Source: Planctomycetota bacterium
GTDB taxonomy: Bacteria > Planctomycetota > SZUA-567 > H5-PLA8
DNA: 64,000 nucleotides
Assembly (NCBI GenBank): GCA_038227875.1
Contig: JBBRPR010000001.1
Coordinates: 192,001 to 256,000, forward strand
Direction: 5' to 3'
Below the pieces are notes generated by a model, which saw only the letters and a program-made list of their open reading frames with translations, was not told the DNA's origin and made no database searches. Numbering within the stretch: the first letter of the stretch is position 1; every line of letters starts with the position of its first letter. Positions 47,453 to 57,118 of the stretch are shown here, one piece after another. The translations under genes and the position numbers were made by a program.

Positions 47453-49288
47453 ATGATTATCCAATGGGTCCGTGCACCGTGGATGGGCCTGATGTTCGCC
47501 GCGTGCGGGTTCACCTTTGCCCTGGCCACCAGCAATTCCGGGAATGGTGTTGACGCCCGCGCGACAGCCACGTCGCCTCATCTGGCGGCGACGAATCCAC
47601 GCAAACCGCTTTTCTACACGAACGCATTCCTGACTCCCCAGATTCGCGACCTCGGCGACGCGGCCGTCGGCAGCGTGATCACGCGCTTCATCAACGCGCG
47701 CGGCGGAATTCCGCCCCGTCGCTACACCTCCGACCGAGGTGTAACTCTGCAATCCGGCGCGCCGGAATTCCAGGGCGCGATCGCCTTCGCCGAAGCCGTC
47801 AGCGGGCTTCCCACGGCATTTCAGCCGTCGTTAACGACGGCAGTCGTCCAACTGGACGGCGGCTTGAAAGGCCAGATCGGCGGACCGTTCAATTCCACCA
47901 CGCCGAACACGCCGCTTGATTTTGATGTCACCGTGACCGACAGCCGCAATCTCACCAGTCCGCTGCAGCTGACCGAACGATTCCAGATCACCATGGTCGA
48001 TTCGACGGCTTTCAAGTTTGCGCAGAGCGCCCTGCACGACGGCGTCGCCTTCGCGCAGTACCGCGACAAAATCGAAATGAACGCCGGTCACCCGAAGTAC
48101 ACGTACACGGCCTCCAACATCTCCGTCACCGATCCGACCACAGGCATCGCGACACCGTACGCGTCGCTCTCCGACGACCTCGGACTCTTTCTCGATAAAC
48201 ACAATGGCCGCCTGGTGGGCCGTCCGCTCGTCGCCGGAACGTACAGTATCCTCGTCAACTGCACAGACGCCGCCGGCTCGCAGGCCCTGTCGCGCGACAA
48301 GAGCAGCGTGGGACAAGTCATCACCTTCAATGTCGCCGCCTCCAATCGCATTCATAGCGCGCTCTTTGCGCTGGCGGTCTCCATTAAAGGAAGCGTGACG
48401 ACGTCCGGCGCCGACTCGATCAAGTACTCCGGCCTCGTGGATCTGGAAGGCACCTCGCTGAGCAAGCTGAACAATTCCGCAGTTCAGTTGCAGATTGGCG
48501 ACTATCTCTCTCCTTCGGTCACCATTCAGCATGGCAAAGGTTCGACGCCGAAAGGGCAATCACCCGCGATGTCCGTCAACTTGAGCTCTTCCGGCGCCCT
48601 CACCATTACCATCAGCGGCGAAACGTTTGGCAAGGACGGTACGATCATCACCGCCGCGCAGTTGGTCAACAACCAGAAGATCGAACCAGTGATGCTGAGC
48701 ATCGGTGATGCTTTCTTCGCCAATGAATTGCTGCGCTTCGGCGTCAAGGCGCGCAGCGACAAGTTCCAGATGACGTACAAATTCGGACCGGGCAACCTGG
48801 GCGGCGGATTCCTGATCACGCAGGTCACCGGCAAGGACGACACCAACTCTGGCGTCGATGCCGATAGCTGGCGCGTGCAGTTCGTTACGCTCCCCCACAA
48901 AGATCAGGTCTATGACAAGATTGCGACGGCCACGCTGGGCATCGGTACGGATTTCACTGACACGGTCAACATCGTTCGCGGCTCCACGTCGATCGTCAGC
49001 ACCGACAAGCGCGATCCCACGCAACCGGGTTTGCTGAAGCTGGCGCTGAACACCAAGACGGGCAAGGGCGGATTCCAGACCAGCGCGCTGCCGAAGACCT
49101 CCTCGCAGACCAATACTGCCACCGCGATTCCCGAGGCGCTCAACGCCAACGGCAAGCAGGCACGTTTCCCGATGATCCTGACTTTCAACCAGAACGACGC
49201 GACGCAGAAGGAAGTCTTCGGCGTCGAAGGCGCCCGCGCCATTTTCCCAAAGGGCACGACCTGGACGAACAAGGATCTGTCGAAGTAA
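47453..49288 (+). CDS. Secreted Ser/Thr-rich beta-sandwich (putative Ig domain) protein
   Basis: N-terminal signal/TM segment; GGIPP..Y, FDVTVTDS, GLFLD..GRLVGRP..AGTYSILVNCTD. Confidence 0.75.
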   Translation: MIIQWVRAPWMGLMFAACGFTFALATSNSGNGVDARATATSPHLAATNPRKPLFYTNAFLTPQIRDLGDAAVGSVITRFINARGGIPPRRYTSDRGVTLQSGAPEFQGAIAFAEAVSGLPTAFQPSLTTAVVQLDGGLKGQIGGPFNSTTPNTPLDFDVTVTDSRNLTSPLQLTERFQITMVDSTAFKFAQSALHDGVAFAQYRDKIEMNAGHPKYTYTASNISVTDPTTGIATPYASLSDDLGLFLDKHNGRLVGRPLVAGTYSILVNCTDAAGSQALSRDKSSVGQVITFNVAASNRIHSALFALAVSIKGSVTTSGADSIKYSGLVDLEGTSLSKLNNSAVQLQIGDYLSPSVTIQHGKGSTPKGQSPAMSVNLSSSGALTITISGETFGKDGTIITAAQLVNNQKIEPVMLSIGDAFFANELLRFGVKARSDKFQMTYKFGPGNLGGGFLITQVTGKDDTNSGVDADSWRVQFVTLPHKDQVYDKIATATLGIGTDFTDTVNIVRGSTSIVSTDKRDPTQPGLLKLALNTKTGKGGFQTSALPKTSSQTNTATAIPEALNANGKQARFPMILTFNQNDATQKEVFGVEGARAIFPKGTTWTNKDLSK

Positions 49289-49313
49289 GTTGACGGCTCA
49301 AAAGAAGTCTGAG

Positions 49314-49352
49314 ACGCGGTCTGATCGATTCGATCAGACCGCGTTGTTGTTT
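49314..49352 (+). terminator. Terminator-like hairpin
   Basis: ACGCGGTCTGATCGA-T-TCGATCAGACCGCGT followed by TGTTGTTT. Confidence 0.75.
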
Positions 49353-49429
49353 CACAACGGAACCGTTCGCCGAATTGTCATCCGCATTCGGATCGGGTAC
49401 GCTCGCGCCTCACATTTGCGCGAGATTCT

Positions 49430-50170
49430 ATGCTGATCGTCAAACTCTTCCGCCTCTCGCAACGCACCTTTAGATCCCTGACGGGCAAACGTGAGACGGT
49501 TTCCCAAACCGGAGATGCAGCGGATGCGATGGTCTACGCCCGAACGGGCCTGTTCGCCACGCCGGCCGCGGTGGGCTTGCTCACCGGCGTAATTTCAGCG
49601 GCGATTCACCTGCTGCCCTCAGTCGTGTTCAGTTGGAATTATTCCAACATGCCCGTTCCCATCGCATGCTTTGTTTTTATGTCGCTCGGCACGCTCTGTT
49701 CCGGGCCTTTTCTCCTGACGCTCTCGGCTAAGAATTTCTTCAGCCTCGCGCGCTTCACCTTCCTGCTGGCGCTGGTGGGCATGGTGCCGTTGTTCCTGGT
49801 CTTTCAAATGCGCGTGTATGCTCTCTACCGCATTTTCTATTCGATCAACGTCGTCTTTGGCGTCGGGGCGTCCTGGCTGATCGGCCGGCATCTGGCGCGC
49901 AACTATGGCGCGCTGAGATCGCTCACCCGCTGTGGCCTGCTGGGCGTCGTTGGAAATCTTCCCATGATTGGTTTCGAATGTTACCAGGTGTGGAAATGGG
50001 ACGTTCTCGGCCAGCGCGAACAAATGTCGAAAGACATGCTCGCCTTTTTCGTCATGGCGTTCCTGATCTCGCAGATCGGCGTGGCCACATTGCCGGCGCT
50101 CGCATCGGAGCGCGAATTCCGCGAGCGCGTCAACGCCTCGAACGAAACACTCACTGCTGCGCAGCGGTAA
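49430..50170 (+). CDS. Hypothetical integral membrane protein (~6 TM)
   Basis: Six hydrophobic segments; start uncertain. Confidence 0.7.
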   Translation: MLIVKLFRLSQRTFRSLTGKRETVSQTGDAADAMVYARTGLFATPAAVGLLTGVISAAIHLLPSVVFSWNYSNMPVPIACFVFMSLGTLCSGPFLLTLSAKNFFSLARFTFLLALVGMVPLFLVFQMRVYALYRIFYSINVVFGVGASWLIGRHLARNYGALRSLTRCGLLGVVGNLPMIGFECYQVWKWDVLGQREQMSKDMLAFFVMAFLISQIGVATLPALASEREFRERVNASNETLTAAQR

Positions 50171-51416
50171 CCCGCACGGCCGCGCCGGGAATTCCGTCCA
50201 GTGCGCGTGCCAGCTCTTCGCGGAGTCGCTTCGAGTCCGCATTCGCCTTGGGAAAAACCACGAGCGTCCGGCGTACCGTGCCGTCCGCTTTCACATCGAG
50301 GTACGGCGCGACATCCGCGCGCAGCGGTCCGTTCAACGCTTCCTTTAAGGTCAGCGGCTGAGCTTCGCGGGTGAGTAGATTGAATTTCTCGAAGCGTTGC
50401 AGGAACGGCTTGAAGAAAACCAATCCCCGCGTCCCGAAGCGCTTCGATGTCGCGGCTTGAAATGCTTTCATCGCCGATTCGAAATCGAAGCCGCGCAGCG
50501 CCTGAAAATTTTCGCGCTGCACCGCGGTGCTGGGAATGACGTTGAGTACCGTCGGCAGCAGCGCTACATCGCCGTGCGCCAGAGTCGGTTGCAATCGCGC
50601 GAAGACCTCCACCGATGCCGCAAACGCACGGTCCTCATCCGGCGCGTCGATGACGACGTGAAGTTCCTCCACCGCAGCCGCCGGCAGCTGCACGCCGTCC
50701 GTGTTCGAACGCACGCGCAGCTTTGCGCGCTGACAGGCCGCGTCGAAGGCGCGCTGGAATTCCGCATCGCCACCAAGCGAGACGGCCTGGCCAAGGATCA
50801 GTATCGTTTTCCCATCAGGCGCGTGAAAATAACCCTCCGTGCTTTCCGTCGTAAACGCGGGCGGCCGGGTCTCCAGTCGCTGCTTCAACAGGCCGCGTGC
50901 CCGTCGGAGCACATCCAGCGGATCGTGCTGCAAGCGCCGGCGTTCAGCGCTGTCGGCGGGCAGCGCGTCGAGCGTATCCGCCAGCTCGTTCATTTTTGTG
51001 TCGAGCGCTTCGGGTGTGAACAGCGTCTTGAGCCACGCTACATCTGCCGGCGTGATCGCGACGTACGGGCGCTGCTCGATCAGTGTCTTCAGCGCGTGCT
51101 CGACATTCTGGCCTGCGCGGCATTCGATGCTCAGCCACGGCATGTTTTCCGGCAGCGCCGCGCGCGCCGTCGGCGACAGCGCGGCCCGATCCTCGTCCAG
51201 CGTGCCCACTTTCGCGAGTTCCGCCGTCAGTTGCGTGGCCAGCATGGTCGCCGTCGCGGGATTATCCGGAGTCAGTTTGATCGTCGCGACAAAAGGTCGG
51301 TAGGTCAGCTCCGCCGCGTTGGCATTCGACGTTGGGACCGTTTCAACGCGCGGATCCGGACAGCTGCAGCAGCCCGCGAGCAGACACGGCAGAATTAAAA
51401 TCAGCGCGCGTTTCAA
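50151..51416 (-). CDS. Predicted lipoprotein resembling the fused periplasmic domains of MMPL/RND exporters, without TM helices
   Basis: TTG start, lipobox LLAG|C; LFTPEAL..HDPL..GYFHAPDGKTILIL..DAEF then LHVVIDA..IPSTAVQRE..FKPFL..VRVT; no hydrophobic helix after the signal. Confidence 0.65.
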   Translation of the reverse strand: MKRALILILPCLLAGCCSCPDPRVETVPTSNANAAELTYRPFVATIKLTPDNPATATMLATQLTAELAKVGTLDEDRAALSPTARAALPENMPWLSIECRAGQNVEHALKTLIEQRPYVAITPADVAWLKTLFTPEALDTKMNELADTLDALPADSAERRRLQHDPLDVLRRARGLLKQRLETRPPAFTTESTEGYFHAPDGKTILILGQAVSLGGDAEFQRAFDAACQRAKLRVRSNTDGVQLPAAAVEELHVVIDAPDEDRAFAASVEVFARLQPTLAHGDVALLPTVLNVIPSTAVQRENFQALRGFDFESAMKAFQAATSKRFGTRGLVFFKPFLQRFEKFNLLTREAQPLTLKEALNGPLRADVAPYLDVKADGTVRRTLVVFPKANADSKRLREELARALDGIPGAAVRVTAAQQ

Positions 51417-51474
51417 ATTCGATGAGTTGGAAAGTAAGCGAGGAGTGCTGGAGCACACGGCGGGTTGCTCCGCG

Positions 51475-52374
51475 TTACTCCCACAGCGTGGAACTGTGTT
51501 TGAGCTGCTTGCCCAGGTCGAGGATGCGCTGATGTTCCGGTTCCGGCACGCGGAACTTCTCGGGCGCGATGCTGCAGTTAAAATCGATCTCGTCAATCTG
51601 CAGATCCAGCGTGTGCGCGGAATTGTGCGACTGCAGGACGATGCGGCCCGGATACATCAAGCCCAGCGCGTCGGCTTCGGGCTGACTATCGCCGGGCATC
51701 TTGTAATCGGCGTACGCCACCGTGCCGACTTCGCGGCCGAATTTATCGTACACTTCCACCGACTCCACTGTCGCCGATTCCGGCGCGACCGTCAGGCGAC
51801 GTGAACGTTTCCGGATGAAGCCCGGCTTTTCGATGACGCTGATCACTTCGCGGCCGTGTTCGTAGGTCACGCGCCGTTCCAGCGCGTTCTGCGACCACGC
51901 GCGCGGGAAGAACAGATCGCGGCAGGCTCCGACGTGGGCCAGCAACGAGAGCTGGCATTCGGCGGCGTTAAGCAATTCCTGGCGGTCGCCGCGGAAGAAG
52001 CGGCTCTTGCGCGGCAGCCACACGTCCATCTGACCGTTGAAGCAACCCAGGTCGAGAATGGTCTGCCCAGTCGTCGCCTTGATCTGCAGGCGCAGGTTGC
52101 CGTTCTTGTCGCCGAGGTACGTGCCGACGAGCTGGAAATCCTTGTTCTTCTCGCTGTCGTGAAGCGTGACGTTCAAGCTGGCTGCGACGCTGTCGGCGGC
52201 GAGGTGGCGTTCATCGAGCTCTTCGACGACCTTGACCAGCGGGGCGCGCATGTAACAGATGCGGTCGCCGTTGGGGCCGTAGACGGCTTCATTCATGCGG
52301 CAACCGCAAAGCAGCGGCAGCGCGCAAATCAGCGCCAGCAGCGAAACTTTGCACATGTTACCGGTGAATGGCAT
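51475..52374 (-). CDS. Lipoprotein, LolA/LolB-fold-like (DUF4292-like)
   Basis: Lipobox LLCG|C; NLRLQI..GQTILDLG..VWLP..FFRG; YADY..YPGRIVL..IAPEKF. Confidence 0.65.
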   Translation of the reverse strand: MPFTGNMCKVSLLALICALPLLCGCRMNEAVYGPNGDRICYMRAPLVKVVEELDERHLAADSVAASLNVTLHDSEKNKDFQLVGTYLGDKNGNLRLQIKATTGQTILDLGCFNGQMDVWLPRKSRFFRGDRQELLNAAECQLSLLAHVGACRDLFFPRAWSQNALERRVTYEHGREVISVIEKPGFIRKRSRRLTVAPESATVESVEVYDKFGREVGTVAYADYKMPGDSQPEADALGLMYPGRIVLQSHNSAHTLDLQIDEIDFNCSIAPEKFRVPEPEHQRILDLGKQLKHSSTLWE

Positions 52375-52912
52375 CAACAACTTCCCCAATTGGAATTCGG
52401 GCCGGAAATGGAGGTCCGATATTCTTTACTGTATCGTATTTCTTGTTCGGAAAACTCTACCGAAATCCAAGCACCGAAACAAGTAGAATCATGTGGCAAA
52501 GGACAGACCGCCGACATTTCCCCTTCTTCACGTAAATACAATGTGCAACACACGAAGCGTTAACTCAGCTCACGTATATCCATGCGTGTGGCTGGTGAAA
52601 GCTCCGGGCTCGCTCGAAAATCCCGACCCCAGATCTTAAACCGGCCCCCATTCTATCTTTAGCACTATGTATCGAACTCTATCTGACACGCAGTTATGGC
52701 ATTAGCTGAACCAAGCGTGGGTTATACGAGCCCGATTCAGGTTATCGGGCTCACCCAAGTTTTCGGTGTCACGAATTCCCTTTACTAACCCTACAGCTCT
52801 CCAAAACTCCTCAACTTTCCGACGACCTCTATAGCAATTGATGCTAGGGTTATCCACCGACAGTGTCCGCTTTAAGCACTTCAAATCCAAACATCCCAGG
52901 AGCGATTTTCGA

Positions 52913-53206
52913 ATGGACATTCGCGAATTCCAAACCCTCATGGCTAAAACCTACCTCAAAAAGGATCAGGAACGCGGCACGCCCGCCACATTTATGTGGT
53001 TCATGGAAGAAGTCGGCGAATTGGCGACGGCGTTGCGTGAAGGAACAATCGAGGAGCAGCGCGGTGAGTTCGCCGATGTTTACGCATGGCTGATGACCTT
53101 GGCCAATCTCGCCGGTGTGGACATGACAGAAGCGCTGCAAAAATATGGAAGCGGATGCTGTGGCTGCAAGACTATACCGTGTTCGTGCGTCGGCGAAAAA
53201 CCGTAG
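52913..53206 (+). CDS. MazG-like nucleotide pyrophosphohydrolase
   Basis: WFMEEVGELA, EFADVYAWL..LANL, C-terminal Cys cluster; AGGAG RBS. Confidence 0.9.
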   Translation: MDIREFQTLMAKTYLKKDQERGTPATFMWFMEEVGELATALREGTIEEQRGEFADVYAWLMTLANLAGVDMTEALQKYGSGCCGCKTIPCSCVGEKP

Positions 53207-53302
53207 CGTTACGTCGACCAACCCGTTGACTTCGCAGTTTTGCGGGTGGACAATACGTGCTGCGAGTTCGCCGGAAGGCCGCAATGGCAGGAGCGCCATC
53301 AC

Positions 53303-55282
53303 GTGCTGCTGACACCGTCTCAATCGCGGATCCATGCCGTGAGCGCCCGGGTGCTTCTAGCGGCTGGATTGTTCGTGGTGGGACGCCTTTATTTTCTGCC
53401 GCTCACCGAAAATCTCAACGCCTTCTTTTGGACCGGCAGTTTCCTGATCGTCGGTACGCTCTGCTTTGGCGGAATGCTCCGGCGCCTGGCCGCCCAATGG
53501 CATTTTCAAACCCGTGTCCGCGCGGCGCTGCCCGGATCCGGCTCCGATCTCGATCGCCTCACCGCCGCCGCGACCACCCTGCGCGATGGCCACGAAGAAC
53601 GCGCGCTCTACATTTTGCAGAACATGACCTTTAAAGCGCCGGAAGCTTCTGTTTTCCGCGCACGCGATTGGCTTCAGGCGCTTTCCGCCGTCCGCTGGAT
53701 TTCGCGGCAGAAGCCGGGCCGCCCGCTCTCGGGGCTCTACCAGCGCTTTCCGCAGATCCACGCGCTGATCTTCAGCGCCGACACCAATCACATTCCCGTG
53801 CGACAGGATGGGTTGAGCCGCGAACTGGCGTCCGTGACCGCCGCCGAACTCGATGCCCTCGCCCGTGAATACCTGTTGCTGGTCGACACGTTGATCGAAT
53901 CCCTCGACCAGCGCGCCGCTCCGTTTTCCAATGAGGCCGAGCACCTGCTGGCCGTCTGCACGGGTAAGACGTTCACATTGAACGTGCGTCAGCGTTTCGT
54001 GGTGTGGTGGGGCGCATTCCGTCCGGTGTTGAAGCACGGCGGCGGCGCGGTGCTGACGGCCATGCGCCTGATTCAGCGCGAACGGTATTCGGAAGCCGCG
54101 GCGTTGCTGGCGCGAATGGAAGAAGGCGGCATGCTCTCGGCCGAGGCCGACACCCTGCACCGCGCGGCGTCGTTCCTGTCGCTCTTCGCACGGCCGCTCT
54201 GGCGCATGACCGGCGCCGACATTCCACGCTACTTCAAAGATGGTTGCTACTATCTCGCCAGCGAAATGGGCGTGCTCCGTTATCCCACCGCCGAACTTCC
54301 CGAAGTCGGCCGCTGCTGTTCGCGCGCGCAATTTCATCACGACGCCAAGCGCCGCCTGATCGACGACGCATTGGAACTGTGGCAGGCCACCGGCGACGAA
54401 CTGGCCGGCCCGCTGGCGCTGCTGCTCAAGCGGTTGCTCGAACACAAAGGCCCGCGCTGTTCAGAACGCTTGAGCTTCTGGCAGGAATCGTGGCAGGGCG
54501 TGAAGGGAAATTTTGAGCAGTCGACGCTGCTGCTGATGCGCGGTGTGGCCGCGGCTTCAAGCGGCAAGTATGACGTCGCCGCAAAACACTTTGCGCAGGT
54601 CGCGGCTCTGGAACCGACCTCCAGCGTGCCGCTGGTCAACCAGGTTCAGATGCTCTACCTCAGCGGGCGCAACGAACGCGCTCAGACGCTTTCCGCCGAA
54701 CTCGTCCGCCGTTTCCCGCGCGATGGCTCGATGCTGGTCGCGCTCGGCCGCCTGGCGCTGCAGAAGAACGACACCGAACGCGCGGAGAAATTGCTGATCC
54801 AGGCGCTCGATTTCCTCGAGCCGCCCACTGAAGCGCTGATCTGGCTGGGCGAGGTGAAACTCGCCGACGGGCTCTATCTCGAGAGCCAGCATTACTACGA
54901 TTACGCCAAGCAGCTCGACGACAACCTGCCCGAACCGAAATTCGGCCTCGCGCGCATTTACATGGAGACGCAGCGCTTTGATCTGGCCATCGACAATCTC
55001 AATTCCATCGCCAACAGCGGCCCCGGCGCCGCGCGCGACCTGGCGCATTACATGCTCTACCGCGCCTACCGGCAGAAAGGCGAGGACGCGCGCGCCTTCG
55101 AGTGCCTCGACAAAATCCCGCAGCAGTTCTTTAAAGAACCCGACCTGCTCGACGATATCGCCGTCCACCTGGAAGGCGAAAAGCACTACACCAAAGCCCG
55201 CGAATTCGCCGAACGCGCGATGATCCTGCGCGCCGGAGAGCGCTCCGACAATGACGACGGAGATACGTTGAGCGCGATCTAG
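53303..55282 (+). CDS. Membrane-anchored tetratricopeptide repeat protein
   Basis: Two N-terminal TM helices and C-terminal TPRs; GTG 53303 with AGGAG (ORF open from 53240). Confidence 0.8.
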   Translation: MLLTPSQSRIHAVSARVLLAAGLFVVGRLYFLPLTENLNAFFWTGSFLIVGTLCFGGMLRRLAAQWHFQTRVRAALPGSGSDLDRLTAAATTLRDGHEERALYILQNMTFKAPEASVFRARDWLQALSAVRWISRQKPGRPLSGLYQRFPQIHALIFSADTNHIPVRQDGLSRELASVTAAELDALAREYLLLVDTLIESLDQRAAPFSNEAEHLLAVCTGKTFTLNVRQRFVVWWGAFRPVLKHGGGAVLTAMRLIQRERYSEAAALLARMEEGGMLSAEADTLHRAASFLSLFARPLWRMTGADIPRYFKDGCYYLASEMGVLRYPTAELPEVGRCCSRAQFHHDAKRRLIDDALELWQATGDELAGPLALLLKRLLEHKGPRCSERLSFWQESWQGVKGNFEQSTLLLMRGVAAASSGKYDVAAKHFAQVAALEPTSSVPLVNQVQMLYLSGRNERAQTLSAELVRRFPRDGSMLVALGRLALQKNDTERAEKLLIQALDFLEPPTEALIWLGEVKLADGLYLESQHYYDYAKQLDDNLPEPKFGLARIYMETQRFDLAIDNLNSIANSGPGAARDLAHYMLYRAYRQKGEDARAFECLDKIPQQFFKEPDLLDDIAVHLEGEKHYTKAREFAERAMILRAGERSDNDDGDTLSAI

Positions 55283-55335
55283 CGAATCTCGGAATGGCGA
55301 ATGTTGAAAAAGGAAAAGCGAACAACGAAAATGGA

Positions 55336-56949
55336 TTAGTGCAGCACGCCCCAGCGTGACGGTGGCCATAGAATCGCGGAGGCGCGGCCGCTGAAGTGGT
55401 TGCGGGGGACGAAGCCCCAAATTCTACCGTCTGCCGAGGACGGAGAATTGTCGCCGAGCATCAGGTATTCTTCCTGCGGAATCTGAAGCACCATCATGCC
55501 GTCCTCGAAAAAGCGCTTGTTGTGTTCGCGCTCTGAAATTCCGGCGTTGGGATTGGTGCGATAGTTGGAGACCATTGGCAGGTAGTAAAGATCGCGAGCC
55601 AGTTCCAGCCGCGTGATCGTGCCGCGCACGCCGCTGAGCGTGATGCGCGCGAGGCTCTGCAGATGGTCGGCGAGTTTGCCGGGCGGATCGACGTTGATCG
55701 CGCGGCGTTCGATCTCTTTTCCATCCAAAAGTGCAATGACCGTGGCGTCGACGTACGCGAGCGACAGCGCGTGCTTGCCGGGCGTGAGCGCTGCGGTGGC
55801 CGCCGTCACGGGATGAACTATGGCCGTATCCGCGCGGACTTCCGTCGACGGGATTTCCCAGCTCGCGCAGTGTAAATCGCTGCCGACGTCGAGCCTCACT
55901 GCACCGCCGGCGTTTTCGACGAGCAGTGCCACCTCGAGCTTCAAATCGCCGACGACCGAATCGCCGCCGCAAAAGTACGAACCTGTCTCGCGCGTTTCCA
56001 GCGGCTTGAGCGCCGCGCCGGCGATCGGCGTGGTATTGGCAGGGAACATCAGCGCGTGGCAGCGCGGGCATTGAATGCCATCGCCCGTGGCCGTCACGCA
56101 CGCCGTCATTCCCGGCGCATTGCCCGCGGGACAATTGATGTGCTGGAACGGCCAACGCCCGGGCTTCACCATCAGGTTCGTCACGGGATATGCGTAGTTC
56201 AGCGTTACGGGCGCGGAGCCATCGAGCTCCACGCTGTGCGCGCCGAGTGTCGCGCCGGCGGTTCCGGGCTCCGCGCCGGTCCATGGGAAATCAAGCCGTG
56301 CACGGTCGGCGCTGGAGAGTTGCGTGTGAAATGTCTGCGGCCAGGCCTTGGAGACCGGCTGCCACAGCGCGTCCTGAAGGTCGGGCCTGTCGGCTTTGCG
56401 GAGGATCTCGTATTTCTCGGTGGTTGGATTCAAGCGGAAGAGATCGCCGCCGGAAATGCAGACCGTCTCGCCCGGCAGCCCGGCGACGCGTTTGACGTAG
56501 TTGATCTTCGCGTTGGGTTCGTTCGGATTGTCCCACGCGCTTTCGTGAGTGAAAACCGCGATGTCGAAGCGTTGCGGTTCGTCGGCGAAACTGGAGTGCG
56601 CGGCGCAAAAGCCGATCGTCAGCACGATCGCGGCCATCACGGGAATCGAGAATCGCAATCGCCACTCGCGGCGCGTATGTCCGTGCAGCCACGCGCCGCC
56701 GAGCAGTAGCAGAAACGTGGCGAGCACCACGATGCCCTTCCAGATCGGTTCATACGCCAGTTCGTTCACGAAGATGCGGTCGCCGTGGTCGGGATGCCCG
56801 GCCAGGGTCGGTTCCATCGAACCGGTGGGGACTTTCATCACGTCGCAGACCAGGAATTTGAAGAACAGGAGCACGATGAACCATTTGAATTCCAACAGGA
56901 AGTCGAGGCCCTGCTGCAACCATTTTCGGCGATTGTCCGGATTTCCCAT
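55336..56949 (-). CDS. lepB: Signal peptidase I, long form
   Basis: VPTGSMEPTL (Ser), NYVKRVAGLPGE (Lys), MLGDNSPSSADGRIWGFVP. Confidence 0.92.
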   Translation of the reverse strand: MGNPDNRRKWLQQGLDFLLEFKWFIVLLFFKFLVCDVMKVPTGSMEPTLAGHPDHGDRIFVNELAYEPIWKGIVVLATFLLLLGGAWLHGHTRREWRLRFSIPVMAAIVLTIGFCAAHSSFADEPQRFDIAVFTHESAWDNPNEPNAKINYVKRVAGLPGETVCISGGDLFRLNPTTEKYEILRKADRPDLQDALWQPVSKAWPQTFHTQLSSADRARLDFPWTGAEPGTAGATLGAHSVELDGSAPVTLNYAYPVTNLMVKPGRWPFQHINCPAGNAPGMTACVTATGDGIQCPRCHALMFPANTTPIAGAALKPLETRETGSYFCGGDSVVGDLKLEVALLVENAGGAVRLDVGSDLHCASWEIPSTEVRADTAIVHPVTAATAALTPGKHALSLAYVDATVIALLDGKEIERRAINVDPPGKLADHLQSLARITLSGVRGTITRLELARDLYYLPMVSNYRTNPNAGISEREHNKRFFEDGMMVLQIPQEEYLMLGDNSPSSADGRIWGFVPRNHFSGRASAILWPPSRWGVLH

Positions 56950-57118
56950 GGATTCCAGTCTCCCGATTTGTATGGGTAAGACGCGTCCCGCGTCAGGGAC
57001 TTGTCCGAAAACTGCCAAAATGCAGTTGCCCCCGACCCCGTACGACGCTTTGATTCCTCCCGCGTTCTGTTAAAACAATGCAAACGAGGCACCTTGGGGT
57101 AAGGGGTTTAGACGACAC

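Noticed and set aside
52850..52858. oriC from a DnaA-box-like TTATCCACC
   Set aside because: A single imperfect box, with no cluster and no dnaA, dnaN or gidA nearby
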